Positions 37,559 through 48,070 of a stretch of DNA of 64,000 bases are shown here, piece after piece. Source of the DNA: an uncultured Verrucomicrobiae bacterium (GTDB lineage Bacteria; Verrucomicrobiota; Verrucomicrobiia; Chthoniobacterales; JAFAMB01); contig CAVXLD010000009.1 of the NCBI GenBank assembly GCA_963762565.1, positions 96,001 to 160,000 on the forward strand, read 5' to 3'. Position 1 is the stretch's first letter, and each line of letters begins with the position of its first letter. A program made the translations under genes and the position numbers. Under the pieces are notes generated by a model. That model saw nothing but the letters and a program-made list of their open reading frames with translations. It had not been told where the DNA came from and did no database searches.

Positions 37559-37930
37559 CTATTCCTTAGCGGGAACGACCTGGTTGTTTTCGCCCGCGGT
37601 CTCTATCTTCGGACGCGCACCGTTCAGGCCTTGACGATAGGTAACTACATTGTCGTTCCCGACCAGCTGGATAATGCCAACGGCGTCCAAGGTGATCTTA
37701 TTGTTGTGGCCTAGGATCTCTACTTTGGAACAGTCACCGGTGATGGTGATTTGATCGCTATTGCCGGTGATCTCGAAATGTCTGCCTTCACCTTTATAAT
37801 CTAATTTTTCGCCCGAGGTGATCACTTCCACCTGACCTGCCGGGCCTGCGCCAGCGTTATGTCCGAAGAGAAGCGGGGCCGAAGCAATGGTTGCTAACAT
37901 CAAACGAAACAAGGCCGATCTGTTTTTCAT
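37559..37930 (-). CDS. Secreted DUF3060-like protein (paralogue of 32479-32847)
   Basis: ITGNSDQITITGDCSKVEILGHNNKITLDAVG closely matches the other copy. Confidence 0.75.
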   Translation of the reverse strand: MKNRSALFRLMLATIASAPLLFGHNAGAGPAGQVEVITSGEKLDYKGEGRHFEITGNSDQITITGDCSKVEILGHNNKITLDAVGIIQLVGNDNVVTYRQGLNGARPKIETAGENNQVVPAKE

Positions 37931-38151
37931 AGAATGATCCTGAACCGCAATACACGGTCTAACTGCTCCAAGTTTTAGCTAACTACATGTGGTGAAAATC
38001 ATTTTCGCGATTTCGCTGAATGATTCCCTGTCGAGTTTTATGAAAGCCGGCCGCGAGGAGCCGAATTTCATTACGGGTTCTATACAATGAATGGCAAACA
38101 ACAGAAAAGAACAATTGGTCGGGTTTTTTGTGTGATGGGGTTGGGGGACAG

Positions 38152-38401
38152 CTGGAGGGGAGCCGCTTTGGCGTTTGCCTCACCACCCGGTGCATTTATT
38201 CGAAGGTGAAGTGCGGCGGCAAACGGTGGTAAACAAGCGGCTCCCGGGAACTATCCAGCGTCCGCCATCTGCTTCGCCGCCCACGGTATGAAAAACCCTT
38301 GATACGGACGCCATGGGCAAATGCGCCGCGCTGGGTCCTTCCCGGGAGCCGCCTGCCAGCATCCGATAGAACTGCCGGCCTACAAAGCGGCTCCCCTCCA
38401 G
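38152..38401. repeat. Nested palindromic repeat, family A
   Basis: ctggaggggagccgctttg...caaagcggctcccctccag. Confidence 0.85.
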
Positions 38402-38422
38402 GCGCTTGCGCACCCGTTCTCC

Positions 38423-39130
38423 CTAATCCGCTTTATCTACGTCGTTATTCGCACCGTGTTGTTCTGAAACAACATCCCCTGAGCTAAGCGCCTGTTTGTA
38501 AGTCACATCGTTATTAGAGCCATGGAAAATCACTTTGCTGACCTGATCGATCTCGACGTCGTTGTTTGAGCCTTCGATCTCCAGCAGCTGGGCGACCCCG
38601 GTGAACACCACAGCGTTATTGCTGCCGATCAGCTTGACGTGTGGCTTATTGATCGCGCGAGTTTGGTTGTCATTGGTCAGGGTGACTAACTGAATGTCGC
38701 CATTGTTTTCCGCGATCGGGGCCGGGGACGCCGCTGAGGAGTTGTCAGAACCCAGGGCGGAGACCTGCTTGGCCTCGTTATCCTGCCCAATGTTCGCGAT
38801 GCTTGGAGTTTCGCCGCTGAGGGCATGGAGATACGCCACGTGATTCGAGTTGCCGATCATCTGGATGTCTCCCACCCGCTCCACCTCGACTGAATTGCCG
38901 TTGCCCAAAACTTTCAGACTCGAACAGTCCCCATGGATCTGCACCCGGTTATTGTTGCCGGTGATCACCTTGGGCTTGCCATCTCCCTCTAAGGATAGCG
39001 TCTGGTTATTGGACGCAAGAAGGGTTTGATTAAGAACTGGGACATTTTCAGTGACGGACTGCGCCAGGGTAATCGTCCCCGTCGCCATTAAGGCTCCAAT
39101 CGAGAGCACGGATAATACGGCTGTCCTCAT
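38423..39130 (-). CDS. Secreted protein with two DUF3060-like domains
   Basis: Signal peptide; repeated GNNN/GNSN/GSNN units in two blocks separated by a Ser/Ala/Pro linker. Confidence 0.75.
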   Translation of the reverse strand: MRTAVLSVLSIGALMATGTITLAQSVTENVPVLNQTLLASNNQTLSLEGDGKPKVITGNNNRVQIHGDCSSLKVLGNGNSVEVERVGDIQMIGNSNHVAYLHALSGETPSIANIGQDNEAKQVSALGSDNSSAASPAPIAENNGDIQLVTLTNDNQTRAINKPHVKLIGSNNAVVFTGVAQLLEIEGSNNDVEIDQVSKVIFHGSNNDVTYKQALSSGDVVSEQHGANNDVDKAD

Positions 39131-39229
39131 AAGGCTAAAAGTTCTGAGTGTTTGGTCTGTTTCGATCCTCGGCTTAACGCCTCATACCACCTACCCATCC
39201 ACTCGGCAAAAAGTTGCGGGTAAATTCAG

Positions 39230-41074
39230 TTATTTTGGCGCGGCGGGCAGCGATTCTGGCTGTAGCGTCTGCATTAACTCCCTAAGGTGTGAGAGACGCT
39301 CGGCGAAAACCTTCATCGTATAGGCCATCGGTTCCTCACTCCGAAGATCGATTTCAAGATCGAGCAGTGCTTCCGTCGCAAATTTTGTTCGGCCGGCGCG
39401 CAGAAGCTCGAGATAACGGTGCCTATACCCGGCATCACCACTCTTGAGTTTCTTCGCTAGCAGCATCGCCGCTGAAATTGCGATAGCATATCGATAGACG
39501 TAAAACGCTGTGTAAAAATGAGGAATCCGCAGAAATTCCAACTCCAGCTCCGGATCGATAGTGATCTCCGGCCCAACGTATTCCCTTAACAAAGAGCCAT
39601 AGGTCTTGCGGAAAAACTCCAAAGTAAGCCCGACGCCTGACTCCTCGGTCTCATGGATCGTCTTCTCGAACTCAGCGAACATTGTTTGGCGAACCAGCAC
39701 CGAACGGAGTCTTTCTAGACTTCGGTCGATCAAGAATGCCCGGATTTTTGCCTCAGATGTCCGGTTCAGCCAAAATTCGTGCAGCAATTCTTCGTTGAGC
39801 ATGGCGGCAACCTCGGCCAACAGAACCGGTGGTTTGTAATACCGAAAAGGTTGGCTGGCTTGGGAAAACCACGTGTGCATCGAATGGCCGCATTCATGTG
39901 CTACCGAGAACACGCTGGAAATCGTATCGACCCAATAATTCATCAAAATGAAGGGAGGATTTCGATAACTCGACGATGAGAAGGAACCGGGTCGTTTGCC
40001 TTGGGCCGCGTAGCGGTCCACCCAGCGAGCATTAAGTCCCTTTCGCAACGCTTCCACGTATTCCTCTCCTAAAGGTCTCAACGCCCCGCAGACCAGTTCG
40101 ATCGCTTCATCGAACTGGGTATGAACCAGAATCTCCGGCGCAATCGGAATGAAAGTATCATAGTAATAAAGTTTCCGGATGCCGAACGCCTGCCTCCGGA
40201 GAGCGTAGTACTGATGAACAGTGGGGAGACTATTCCGGACCGTCGCGATCAAACTATCGTAGACGGTGAGTGGAATGTTATCCTGAAACAAAGCCATCTC
40301 CCGCGCCGAGGCATACTGGCGGCTGCGTGCGTAGTAAACGTCGACTCGAACGGAGTGAGCCAGCGCGCTAGCCAGAGTAAACTGATGGTTCCTAATTTGT
40401 CGATAAAGCCGATGAAATGCGCGTCGGCGGGTTCCCCGGTCTGGGTTGGCAAGAAGCGCGTCAGCTAAACCTAGGGTTAGACCTATTTTTTCACCATGGT
40501 TTGTCGTCAAAGTGCCGAACTTCATGTCGGCATTTGTCAATTGAGAAAAGACTTCCTTGTACCCAGAAAGAGTGGATCCAGCGAGAGAAAGTATTCGCTC
40601 CTCGCCGGCGGATAACGTGTGTGGTCGATACCGCCGTATCCGTTCTAAATAGATCCTCCACGGAGCAAGGATGGGGGCTTGCATCAACTCTGTAATCTGT
40701 TCGTGGGCTAAGTTTTGAATTTCCGGGACCGCGAACGACCTAGAATCGGCGACCTGAGTTCCCAGGTGGCGCAGTTCTGCCCACCGGGCGATGTTGCGCG
40801 GCTCAGAACTATCTTCCGCTTTCTTTAGGGAGGCGTAGTGGGTGAGTTTTTCCAACTCGCAATCAATCAACGCGTCGAATTTCAGATAATTTGCCAGACA
40901 TGCCGCCGAGTCGCCAAGATGCCCTTTGAACTCGGGATACTTCTTGTAGCTCGTGCGTACATTTTCCAAAAGCCGCAGATATTCCTGCTCGCTTTGAAAC
41001 AGGTGACTCAGATCCCAAGTATCCCTAACCGGAATCTCGCTACGATATGGAACGCTGATCGTTCGTGGAGCCAT
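39230..41074 (-). CDS. Oligoendopeptidase F family (M3B) peptidase, paralogue 2
   Basis: TWDL, HECGHSMH, RIPHFY; colinear and highly similar to 34510-36402. Confidence 0.92.
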   Translation of the reverse strand: MAPRTISVPYRSEIPVRDTWDLSHLFQSEQEYLRLLENVRTSYKKYPEFKGHLGDSAACLANYLKFDALIDCELEKLTHYASLKKAEDSSEPRNIARWAELRHLGTQVADSRSFAVPEIQNLAHEQITELMQAPILAPWRIYLERIRRYRPHTLSAGEERILSLAGSTLSGYKEVFSQLTNADMKFGTLTTNHGEKIGLTLGLADALLANPDRGTRRRAFHRLYRQIRNHQFTLASALAHSVRVDVYYARSRQYASAREMALFQDNIPLTVYDSLIATVRNSLPTVHQYYALRRQAFGIRKLYYYDTFIPIAPEILVHTQFDEAIELVCGALRPLGEEYVEALRKGLNARWVDRYAAQGKRPGSFSSSSYRNPPFILMNYWVDTISSVFSVAHECGHSMHTWFSQASQPFRYYKPPVLLAEVAAMLNEELLHEFWLNRTSEAKIRAFLIDRSLERLRSVLVRQTMFAEFEKTIHETEESGVGLTLEFFRKTYGSLLREYVGPEITIDPELELEFLRIPHFYTAFYVYRYAIAISAAMLLAKKLKSGDAGYRHRYLELLRAGRTKFATEALLDLEIDLRSEEPMAYTMKVFAERLSHLRELMQTLQPESLPAAPK

Positions 41075-41262
41075 AGGTCACCGGAATTCTCCTAAGACGG
41101 CAAAAGTTTAAGTCCAAGCGCGAATGAACGCGAAGCAAAGGCAGAAATTCAACGGCAGGCCGATCTGCGTCCATCTGCGTTAATCTGCGGTTGGATTTGG
41201 TCTTCGTGTCCATTCGCGGTTGTTTCGGTTGCGGGTCCCGATTTGTCATTCTATTGGCTTCA

Positions 41263-42621
41263 ATGAGGATTCTCTACCTGGACTGCTTCTCCGGGATTAG
41301 TGGCGACATGTTTGTCGGAGCACTGACCGATCTTGGAGTCGCGCCATCGGTGTTCGAATGGGAGCTGGGCAAGATCACACTCGAAGATCATCACTTACAT
41401 TTTGAGCGCCAAGAGCGGAAAGGGATTGCCGGAGTCAAATTCGGGGTACACCCCGGCGCAGTCCATGTGCACTCAGAGCACGAACATCACGAAGACCATG
41501 ATCACGACCATGGAGATCATCACCATGGTCACCACCATCACGCGGACGGGAAGAGCCCAAACCAGTCGTCACCTGGACACACCGCAGCCGAGCACACCGC
41601 AGACGGGCAGGAGCACGTCCCTACCCTTCACCGCGCGTATCGGGACATCGTCCAGTTGATCAACGAGAGTGAGCTTTCGGATTTCACGAAGACGCATAGT
41701 CTTGGTGTCTTTCGTCGTCTCGCGGTCGCCGAAGCAAAAATCCATGGGTGTCCCATCGATGACGTCCATTTCCACGAGGTCGGCGCACTCGATTCTATCG
41801 TTGATATCGTGTTGGCCTGCGTCGGGATCGAAACCTTGGCAGTCGGCGAGATCCATTTTTCTCAACTGGTCGACGGGCAGGGTTTAATCCATTGCGCTCA
41901 CGGCGAATATCCAATTCCCAGCCCGGCGACCTTGGAAATTTTGAGCGGCTTGCCGCTCTCCCAAATTGCTGTCCCGTTTGAATTGATTACGCCCACCGGC
42001 GCTGCGCTGGTAGCCGAGTTTCAGAGCTCAGTCGGCAATCTTCCGTTAATCCGGCCCGTTAAAACCGGTTACGGTCTGGGTAGCCGAGATCTCCCCGAAC
42101 GCGCGAACGTGCTCCGGGCGATCCTGGGGGAGAAAATCGTCTCTTCCGCCCCGGAGCGGCTAGTCGAGGTCCAAGCGACCATCGATGACATGACCCCCGA
42201 ACTGCTCGGGGCAGCGATTGAGAAGATAAGGGAGGCCGGCGCCATGGAAGCCTTTTTCTCCTCAGTCCAAATGAAAAAGAGTCGGCCAGGCATTCTGCTT
42301 ACCGCCCTTTGCCGGCCCGACCAACTGGCTGAAATCCAAGAAGTCATCCTTCGCCACACATCGACCTTCGGAGTGCGTTACCGAGAAGTTGACCGTCTGG
42401 CCCTCGACCGGAGATTCGTCTCGGTAGCCACCTCCTACGGGCCTCTCCGAATCAAATTGGGCATACTGAGTGGCGAAGTGATCCAGGTCGCGCCCGAGTT
42501 TGAAGACTGCCGCAAAGCGGCGGAGAAGGCGAGGGTCCCGATCAAAACGGTTTCCGACGCCGCTCTACAGGCATACTACCAAAGTATAGGTCAGAAAGTT
42601 GTTGCAGTCGCTCAGCAATAG
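41263..42621 (+). CDS. larC: Nickel-pincer cofactor biosynthesis protein (Ni insertase)
   Basis: [16 protein letters not shown], His-rich insert, [35 protein letters not shown]. Confidence 0.95.
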   Translation: MRILYLDCFSGISGDMFVGALTDLGVAPSVFEWELGKITLEDHHLHFERQERKGIAGVKFGVHPGAVHVHSEHEHHEDHDHDHGDHHHGHHHHADGKSPNQSSPGHTAAEHTADGQEHVPTLHRAYRDIVQLINESELSDFTKTHSLGVFRRLAVAEAKIHGCPIDDVHFHEVGALDSIVDIVLACVGIETLAVGEIHFSQLVDGQGLIHCAHGEYPIPSPATLEILSGLPLSQIAVPFELITPTGAALVAEFQSSVGNLPLIRPVKTGYGLGSRDLPERANVLRAILGEKIVSSAPERLVEVQATIDDMTPELLGAAIEKIREAGAMEAFFSSVQMKKSRPGILLTALCRPDQLAEIQEVILRHTSTFGVRYREVDRLALDRRFVSVATSYGPLRIKLGILSGEVIQVAPEFEDCRKAAEKARVPIKTVSDAALQAYYQSIGQKVVAVAQQ

Positions 42622-42638
42622 GCGTTGGGTCTGATGTT

Positions 42639-43616
42639 ATGAGCACCGCCACCGTAGAGAAGCTTTCCCAGCTCGATCAGCTTAAAAAGTTCACGAAAGT
42701 CGTCGCCGACACTGGCGACTTCGAGAGCATCCGCGAATTCAAGCCACAGGATTCAACGACCAATCCAAGTCTTATTTTGGCGGCGGTTTCGAAGTCTGAA
42801 TACGCACCTCTGCTGGACCAAGTTATCGCCGATCTGAAGTCCTCGCCGTTATCTGGCGCCGCGAAGATCGAAGACGTCATAGACCATCTGTTGGTCACAT
42901 TTGGCTTGGACATTTTGAAGATCGTCCCAGGCCGGGTTTCGACCGAAACAGATGCGCGACTTTCCTTCAATACCGACGGCTCGATCAAGAAAGCTCGGCA
43001 GCTTATCGGTCTCTACGAAAAGAACGGGATTTCTCGCGAACGCGTGCTCATTAAGATCGCTTCTACCTGGGAAGGCATTAAAGCGGCGGAACAACTCCAG
43101 AAGGAAGGTATCAATTGCAACCTGACGTTGCTCTTCTCGTTCCCGCAGGCGGTGGCGTGCGCTGAGGCCGGTGTCCGGCTGATCTCGCCATTCGTGGGCC
43201 GGATTTATGACTGGTACAAACATTCGACAGGAAAAGAATATCACGGTGCTGAAGATCCCGGCGTTATCTCGGTAACCAAGATCTACAACTACTACAAAAA
43301 GTTCGGTCACGAGACCCAGGTGATGGGCGCCAGCTTCCGGAACACCGGAGAAATCGTGGAACTGGCAGGGTGCGACCTGCTGACGATCAGCCCCAACCTT
43401 TTGGCGGAACTCAGCAAGTCGACTGAGCCAATCACACGAAAACTCGTGCCGGAGACGGCAAAGGCAAGCGACCTTGAGAAGGTTACTTTTGACGAAAAAG
43501 CGTTCCGATTCGCGGTCAACGAGGACGCGATGGCGACTGAGAAATTAGCGGAAGGTATCCGTAAATTCTCGGCCGATATCGTGAAACTCGAACAGATGAT
43601 CGCGGCGAAGCTGTAA
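42639..43616 (+). CDS. tal: Transaldolase
   Basis: [50 protein letters not shown]. Confidence 0.97.
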   Translation: MSTATVEKLSQLDQLKKFTKVVADTGDFESIREFKPQDSTTNPSLILAAVSKSEYAPLLDQVIADLKSSPLSGAAKIEDVIDHLLVTFGLDILKIVPGRVSTETDARLSFNTDGSIKKARQLIGLYEKNGISRERVLIKIASTWEGIKAAEQLQKEGINCNLTLLFSFPQAVACAEAGVRLISPFVGRIYDWYKHSTGKEYHGAEDPGVISVTKIYNYYKKFGHETQVMGASFRNTGEIVELAGCDLLTISPNLLAELSKSTEPITRKLVPETAKASDLEKVTFDEKAFRFAVNEDAMATEKLAEGIRKFSADIVKLEQMIAAKL

Positions 43617-43700
43617 GTCGGACGGGGTTCGACTCCAGTCTTGCTGGTCACAAGTTCGGATCACGCCGGAATCAACGGCTTGTCTCGAAGGCCCGACGTA

Positions 43701-43894
43701 TTTGGTGGGGCGAGGCTCCCGAATGTCCTAAAGGCGTTCTCGGCGTGATCGATATTCTATTACTGAAAGATTCGGGTAGGTCTTTACGCCTGCCGAGCCG
43801 GACCTGTGCGACCCACGGCTCGGCGCGGGGAATGGCCTCGCGTCACCACGTCTGCAGCAAAGCGTAACCCTTCGCGAGACTTTTGCGGCGATTC
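43701..43894. repeat. Palindromic repeat, family B (GTAG/GTGG-type REP doublet)
   Basis: ggtggggcgaggctcccg...ggagcctcgccccacc with inner gccgagccg/cggctcggc. Confidence 0.82.
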
Positions 43895-44042
43895 AGGAGC
43901 CTCGCCCCACCAAAAAGTCGAGCCGGGCGTTCGGGAAAAGTCGACAAGTGCGAGGGCCTTTGCCCCACTCGAAAAACCGCCTGGGAAATTGCAATCTCGC
44001 TTCGCGCGGAGTTTATTGGTGGTTTGATCCCGAAGCCTGCGA

Positions 44043-45335
44043 ATGACCCATCGGCTGCATAGTTATCTCGGCTACTCTTATCCAGGTCAATTAACCGAAC
44101 TGGTCAAGCGGGCTTGGCCGGCTGATCTCCTGACTTATTTGCCCAACGATTGGCAGCTCCGATTACTGCTCGACGTCGCCTATCATGCCAGCTTGCTGAG
44201 AGAAGAACAGCGCCCGGTGACATTCCGAATCTTATTGGGCCTCCCTGATGAAGTCGTAAAAGCCGATCAACCGCCGACCGCTCTGAGCGCGGTCTCGTTC
44301 GACCGGCCACGACCTTTTAATGAGCAGGAAGTGCGGCGGATCTCCATGGCTGCGGATTTCTTTCGTTCCCTCGTGGCGGTGGCTCCACACGGCGACGAAA
44401 AGCTCAAGATTTGGGGGATCCTTTTGTCCGGCACCAGGTGGGTTAATAGCGTGGACGGCGGTCGTTTCACCGGTTACCCGTTGCCAACGCGGGTGGTGAT
44501 CCATGCTCTTGGTCCGGGCCGAATTACGGTGTTTGTCGGCCACCGGCGGATTGCTGCCCTCAGCGGTGGACAATTGGAGGCCTATGCGTTTGACCTTTTT
44601 CAATCTAACTGGTTGCGGGAATCGTTCGCCGGTGTGCGCAAGCAAATGCAGCATTGGCTCGCCCAGGAAGAAGGCAATCACCCCTCTGTAAGGGTTGACA
44701 TCGACTTCCTTAGAGCGGTTTCACAGAATATCAGCCGCCGGACACTCAGCGTTGTAAGAAATGCCAAACACGGCGGTACGTTGGTTTTTATTGAGCCCGA
44801 GGACGAAGCTGCCTTTACGGCTCCGGGTGGTCCAATGCGTTTTAAGTATTTGATGGCTAAAAGCCCGCTTCGGACCCGGTACCGGCAACTCTTAGCCTCC
44901 GCCGTTAAGCGGCTTTGCCAATTAGCGACAATCAACCACGTTCAGAACATTGGTTGGACCGAATATCAAACCTTCGCTGACCGGCAACTTGGTGAGCTAG
45001 ATGAAGCCTTTTTCGAGTTCGCTCACTTTTTAGGCGACCTGATGTCGGTCGACGGGGCCTTAGTATTGACCAAGCAGTATGAACTCGTTGGCTTCGGCGC
45101 AGAACTCCTCTCAGAAGCCCCTTGTATGTCTAGTGTCCGGCGAGCAATGGACCTTGAAGGAACGATTTGGGCGAATGAATCGTTAGACGATGTTGGGACT
45201 CGCCACCGGGCGGTCTACCGGCTTTGTGATCAGAACCCTAAATGTCTCGCCATCGTGATCTCTCAAGATGGTTCGGTGAGGTTCGTTAAGAACCACAACG
45301 GTGCGGTCACTTATTGGAACCAGCTTTCTTGGTGA
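44043..45335 (+). CDS. Putative sensor protein with a C-terminal DisA_N/diadenylate-cyclase-like domain
   Basis: HGGTLV, VDGALV, GFGAE, GTRHRA and ISQDG motifs. Confidence 0.7.
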   Translation: MTHRLHSYLGYSYPGQLTELVKRAWPADLLTYLPNDWQLRLLLDVAYHASLLREEQRPVTFRILLGLPDEVVKADQPPTALSAVSFDRPRPFNEQEVRRISMAADFFRSLVAVAPHGDEKLKIWGILLSGTRWVNSVDGGRFTGYPLPTRVVIHALGPGRITVFVGHRRIAALSGGQLEAYAFDLFQSNWLRESFAGVRKQMQHWLAQEEGNHPSVRVDIDFLRAVSQNISRRTLSVVRNAKHGGTLVFIEPEDEAAFTAPGGPMRFKYLMAKSPLRTRYRQLLASAVKRLCQLATINHVQNIGWTEYQTFADRQLGELDEAFFEFAHFLGDLMSVDGALVLTKQYELVGFGAELLSEAPCMSSVRRAMDLEGTIWANESLDDVGTRHRAVYRLCDQNPKCLAIVISQDGSVRFVKNHNGAVTYWNQLSW

Positions 45336-46588
45336 CCTCCACTAGATCTAAGAGAACACGTGGACGGCTGGTGCTGTCGCTTGGCGAAGCCCGCCGAGCG
45401 GCATTAGCGGCCCAAGGTTTCGGGCGGCCAAGACCGGCCCGGGTCACCAAAAGACACTTGCTATCGACGATCCAACGCCTGGGGCTACTGCAGATCGATT
45501 CGGTCAACGTCCTGGTTCGAGCCCACTATTTTCCACCATTCTCCCGGATCGGGCCATATCCCACTGAGTGGTTGGACGATCTCGCCTACCGGAAACGCTT
45601 GCTCTTCGAATACTGGGGACACGCAGCTTCTTTGATTCCGGTGAGTCTGTTTCCCAGTTTCCGTTGGCGCATGGAACGAGCCAAAGAGGGGATTGGCGTC
45701 TACCGGGGCTTGGTCAATTTCGCGAAAGAAAACGAGGCCTTAATCGCGCAGATCCTGGAACAAATCCGGCAACACGGCCCGGCGGGGGCCGGCGATGTCG
45801 AGAAAGCAATCAGAGAAGAACAATTAGCCAGGAAAGCGGGTTGGTGGGAGTGGAGTGATTCAAAGGCAGTGTTGGAGTGGCTTTTTTGGTCGGGACAAGT
45901 CACCACCAGGACCAGACGCAACTTCGAGCGGGTATATGATCTGACTGAACGAGTCTTTCCGGATCTGCATAACGGGGCTATCCAAGATCGAGAGACCGCA
46001 CAGCGAGCTTTGGTAGCAACCGCTTCGCGCGCCCTTGGAGTTGCGACCGAAAATGATCTTGCTGATTATTTCCGGCTCAAGATTAACGACGCCCGTCCCC
46101 AGATACGCGAGTTGGTTGAAGCAGGTGAGCTACTCGAAGTACAAGTCGAAGGCTGGCGCCAGCCGGCATATCTCAGCTCAGCGGTTCGGATTCCTCGTTC
46201 GCTCCAGGCGGCCGCATTTTTGTCGCCGTTTGATCCGCTACTTTGGGAGCGGAAACGAACGGAGCGGCTGTTCGGATTTCGTTATCGGATTGAGATCTAC
46301 ACTCCCGCAGCTCAGCGCCAACATGGCTATTACGTTCTACCGTTTTTGTTTGGGCAAAACTTCGTTGCCCGGCTTGACTTGAAAGCGGATCGGGCAAGCC
46401 AGTCATTGCGAGTTGTGGGCGCGTTTGCCGAGCCGCAAACCGAGCCGAAAACCTTCATACACGCAGTGGCAATCGAGCTCCGATCCATGGCTGATTGGCT
46501 GGGACTAGAGAAAATCGTCATCAGCAAGAACGGAGATCTTGCCGGAATGCTGAGGTCAACGCTAGCGACGGGAAAGCGAGCGGCCTGA
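45314..46588 (+). CDS. YcaQ/AlkZ-like winged-helix DNA glycosylase family protein
   Basis: LLQIDSVNVLVRAHY, LFEYWGHAAS, LSPFDPLLWERKR, FGFRYRIEIYTP, GYYVLPFL; start uncertain. Confidence 0.88.
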   Translation: MEPAFLVTSTRSKRTRGRLVLSLGEARRAALAAQGFGRPRPARVTKRHLLSTIQRLGLLQIDSVNVLVRAHYFPPFSRIGPYPTEWLDDLAYRKRLLFEYWGHAASLIPVSLFPSFRWRMERAKEGIGVYRGLVNFAKENEALIAQILEQIRQHGPAGAGDVEKAIREEQLARKAGWWEWSDSKAVLEWLFWSGQVTTRTRRNFERVYDLTERVFPDLHNGAIQDRETAQRALVATASRALGVATENDLADYFRLKINDARPQIRELVEAGELLEVQVEGWRQPAYLSSAVRIPRSLQAAAFLSPFDPLLWERKRTERLFGFRYRIEIYTPAAQRQHGYYVLPFLFGQNFVARLDLKADRASQSLRVVGAFAEPQTEPKTFIHAVAIELRSMADWLGLEKIVISKNGDLAGMLRSTLATGKRAA

Positions 46589-46594
46589 ACGGCT

Positions 46595-46805
46595 TGGAGG
46601 GGAGCCGCTTTGTCGCGTAGCAGCTCTGTAGGTTCGCAGCAGGCGGCTCCCGCGAATAACCCAGCGTGATGCGTTTACCCAGCGGCACGGTTCTGAAATC
46701 TTCGACGCGCTGCGACCGATAGAGCTTACACGCCGCTGGACCGTTCCCGGGAGCCGCCTGCAAGCAACCGATAGACCTGCTACACGACAAAGCGGCTCCC
46801 CTCCA
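46595..46805. repeat. Nested palindromic repeat, family A
   Basis: tggaggggagccgctttgtcg...cgacaaagcggctcccctcca. Confidence 0.85.
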
Positions 46806-46856
46806 CGCCGTACCCCTTGAACTCCCCTCCCACCGCCCCCATATTGCCCGCCGAAA

Positions 46857-48032
46857 ATGAAGCAGGCTTTAATCGCTCTAGAGGATGGGCGGACCTTTAG
46901 CGGGGAATCATTTGGCGCCTCCGGCACCACGGTCGGCGAGATCTGTTTCAACACGTCGATGACCGGTTACCAGGAAGTCCTGACCGACCCTTCGTACCGA
47001 GGCCAGATCGTCACGATGACCTATCCGCTGATTGGCAACTACGGAACAAACGAACTCGACAATGAGAGCAGTGAACCGCATGTCCGCGGCTTTGTGGTGG
47101 GAGAATTATCTCCAATAACCAGCAATTGGCGCGCAGCCGGATCCCTCGATGATTATCTCAAACGTTGGAAGATCCCCGCTATCCAAGGAGTGGATACTCG
47201 CGCTCTCACCAAACATCTCCGGGTGCGAGGAGCTATGCGGGCCTGCTTGACGGATGAAGCTTTGTCACCGGAACAGGCTGTCGCCGCGGCCCGGAACGCC
47301 CCACCCATGGTTGGCTCCGATTATGTTCGAGAGGTCACGACCCCTCAAGCGTTCGACTGGGATCCGGAAGATCATTTGAGCCGCGAATGGACTCTCACCA
47401 AAGGTGCGGGCACTACAGTGATCGAGGAAAATGGTCAATCATTCAAATCATTGCCCCCGAAGCGGCACCATATCGTTGCCTATGATTACGGCATCAAAAC
47501 CAACATTTTACGGCGGTTGCGCCAGCATGGATTCGGGGTGCGCGTCGTCCCGGCCGGAACCACTGCCAAAGAGGTACTGAGTCTAAAGCCAGATGGTGTG
47601 TTCCTATCCAACGGTCCCGGCGATCCCGCACCGCTAACCTACATTCACAAGGAACTCGCCGAACTGGTCGGCAAATGCCCTATCTTCGGGATTTGTCTCG
47701 GTCACCAGCTATTAGGTTATGCCTATGGTGGGAACACATTTAAACTGAAGTTCGGTCACCGCGGAGGTAATCAACCGGTTAAAGACCTAACCACCGGCAA
47801 AGTGGCGATCACCTCACAAAATCACGGCTTTGCCGTCGATCCCGATTCTTTGCCCCCTGAGGTCGAGGTCTCTCACATCAACCTGAACGACGGTACGGTC
47901 GAGGGTCTGCGGCATCGAAACCACCCTGTGTTCAGCGTTCAATACCATCCGGAAGCGGCCCCCGGCCCACATGACGCCACCTATTTCTTCGATCAATTCA
48001 GTAAGCTGATCGACGAAGCGAAGGCAGACTAG
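46857..48032 (+). CDS. carA: Carbamoyl-phosphate synthase small subunit
   Basis: [44 protein letters not shown]. Confidence 0.97.
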   Translation: MKQALIALEDGRTFSGESFGASGTTVGEICFNTSMTGYQEVLTDPSYRGQIVTMTYPLIGNYGTNELDNESSEPHVRGFVVGELSPITSNWRAAGSLDDYLKRWKIPAIQGVDTRALTKHLRVRGAMRACLTDEALSPEQAVAAARNAPPMVGSDYVREVTTPQAFDWDPEDHLSREWTLTKGAGTTVIEENGQSFKSLPPKRHHIVAYDYGIKTNILRRLRQHGFGVRVVPAGTTAKEVLSLKPDGVFLSNGPGDPAPLTYIHKELAELVGKCPIFGICLGHQLLGYAYGGNTFKLKFGHRGGNQPVKDLTTGKVAITSQNHGFAVDPDSLPPEVEVSHINLNDGTVEGLRHRNHPVFSVQYHPEAAPGPHDATYFFDQFSKLIDEAKAD

Positions 48033-48070
48033 TCGCCGTCTTCTGCGCGACAGGCCGCCTCGCCTTGCAA

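Noticed and set aside
41263..42621. larC or its His-rich tract as part of the RiPP cluster
   Set aside because: His-rich inserts are normal for LarC, and the gene is divergent from pepF2 and runs into the housekeeping tal gene; it more likely marks the island boundary.
43620..43641. GGACGGGGTTCGACTCC, resembling a tRNA/tmRNA T-arm
   Set aside because: There is no acceptor stem, CCA end or upstream cloverleaf; it directly follows the tal stop and is probably just a hairpin.
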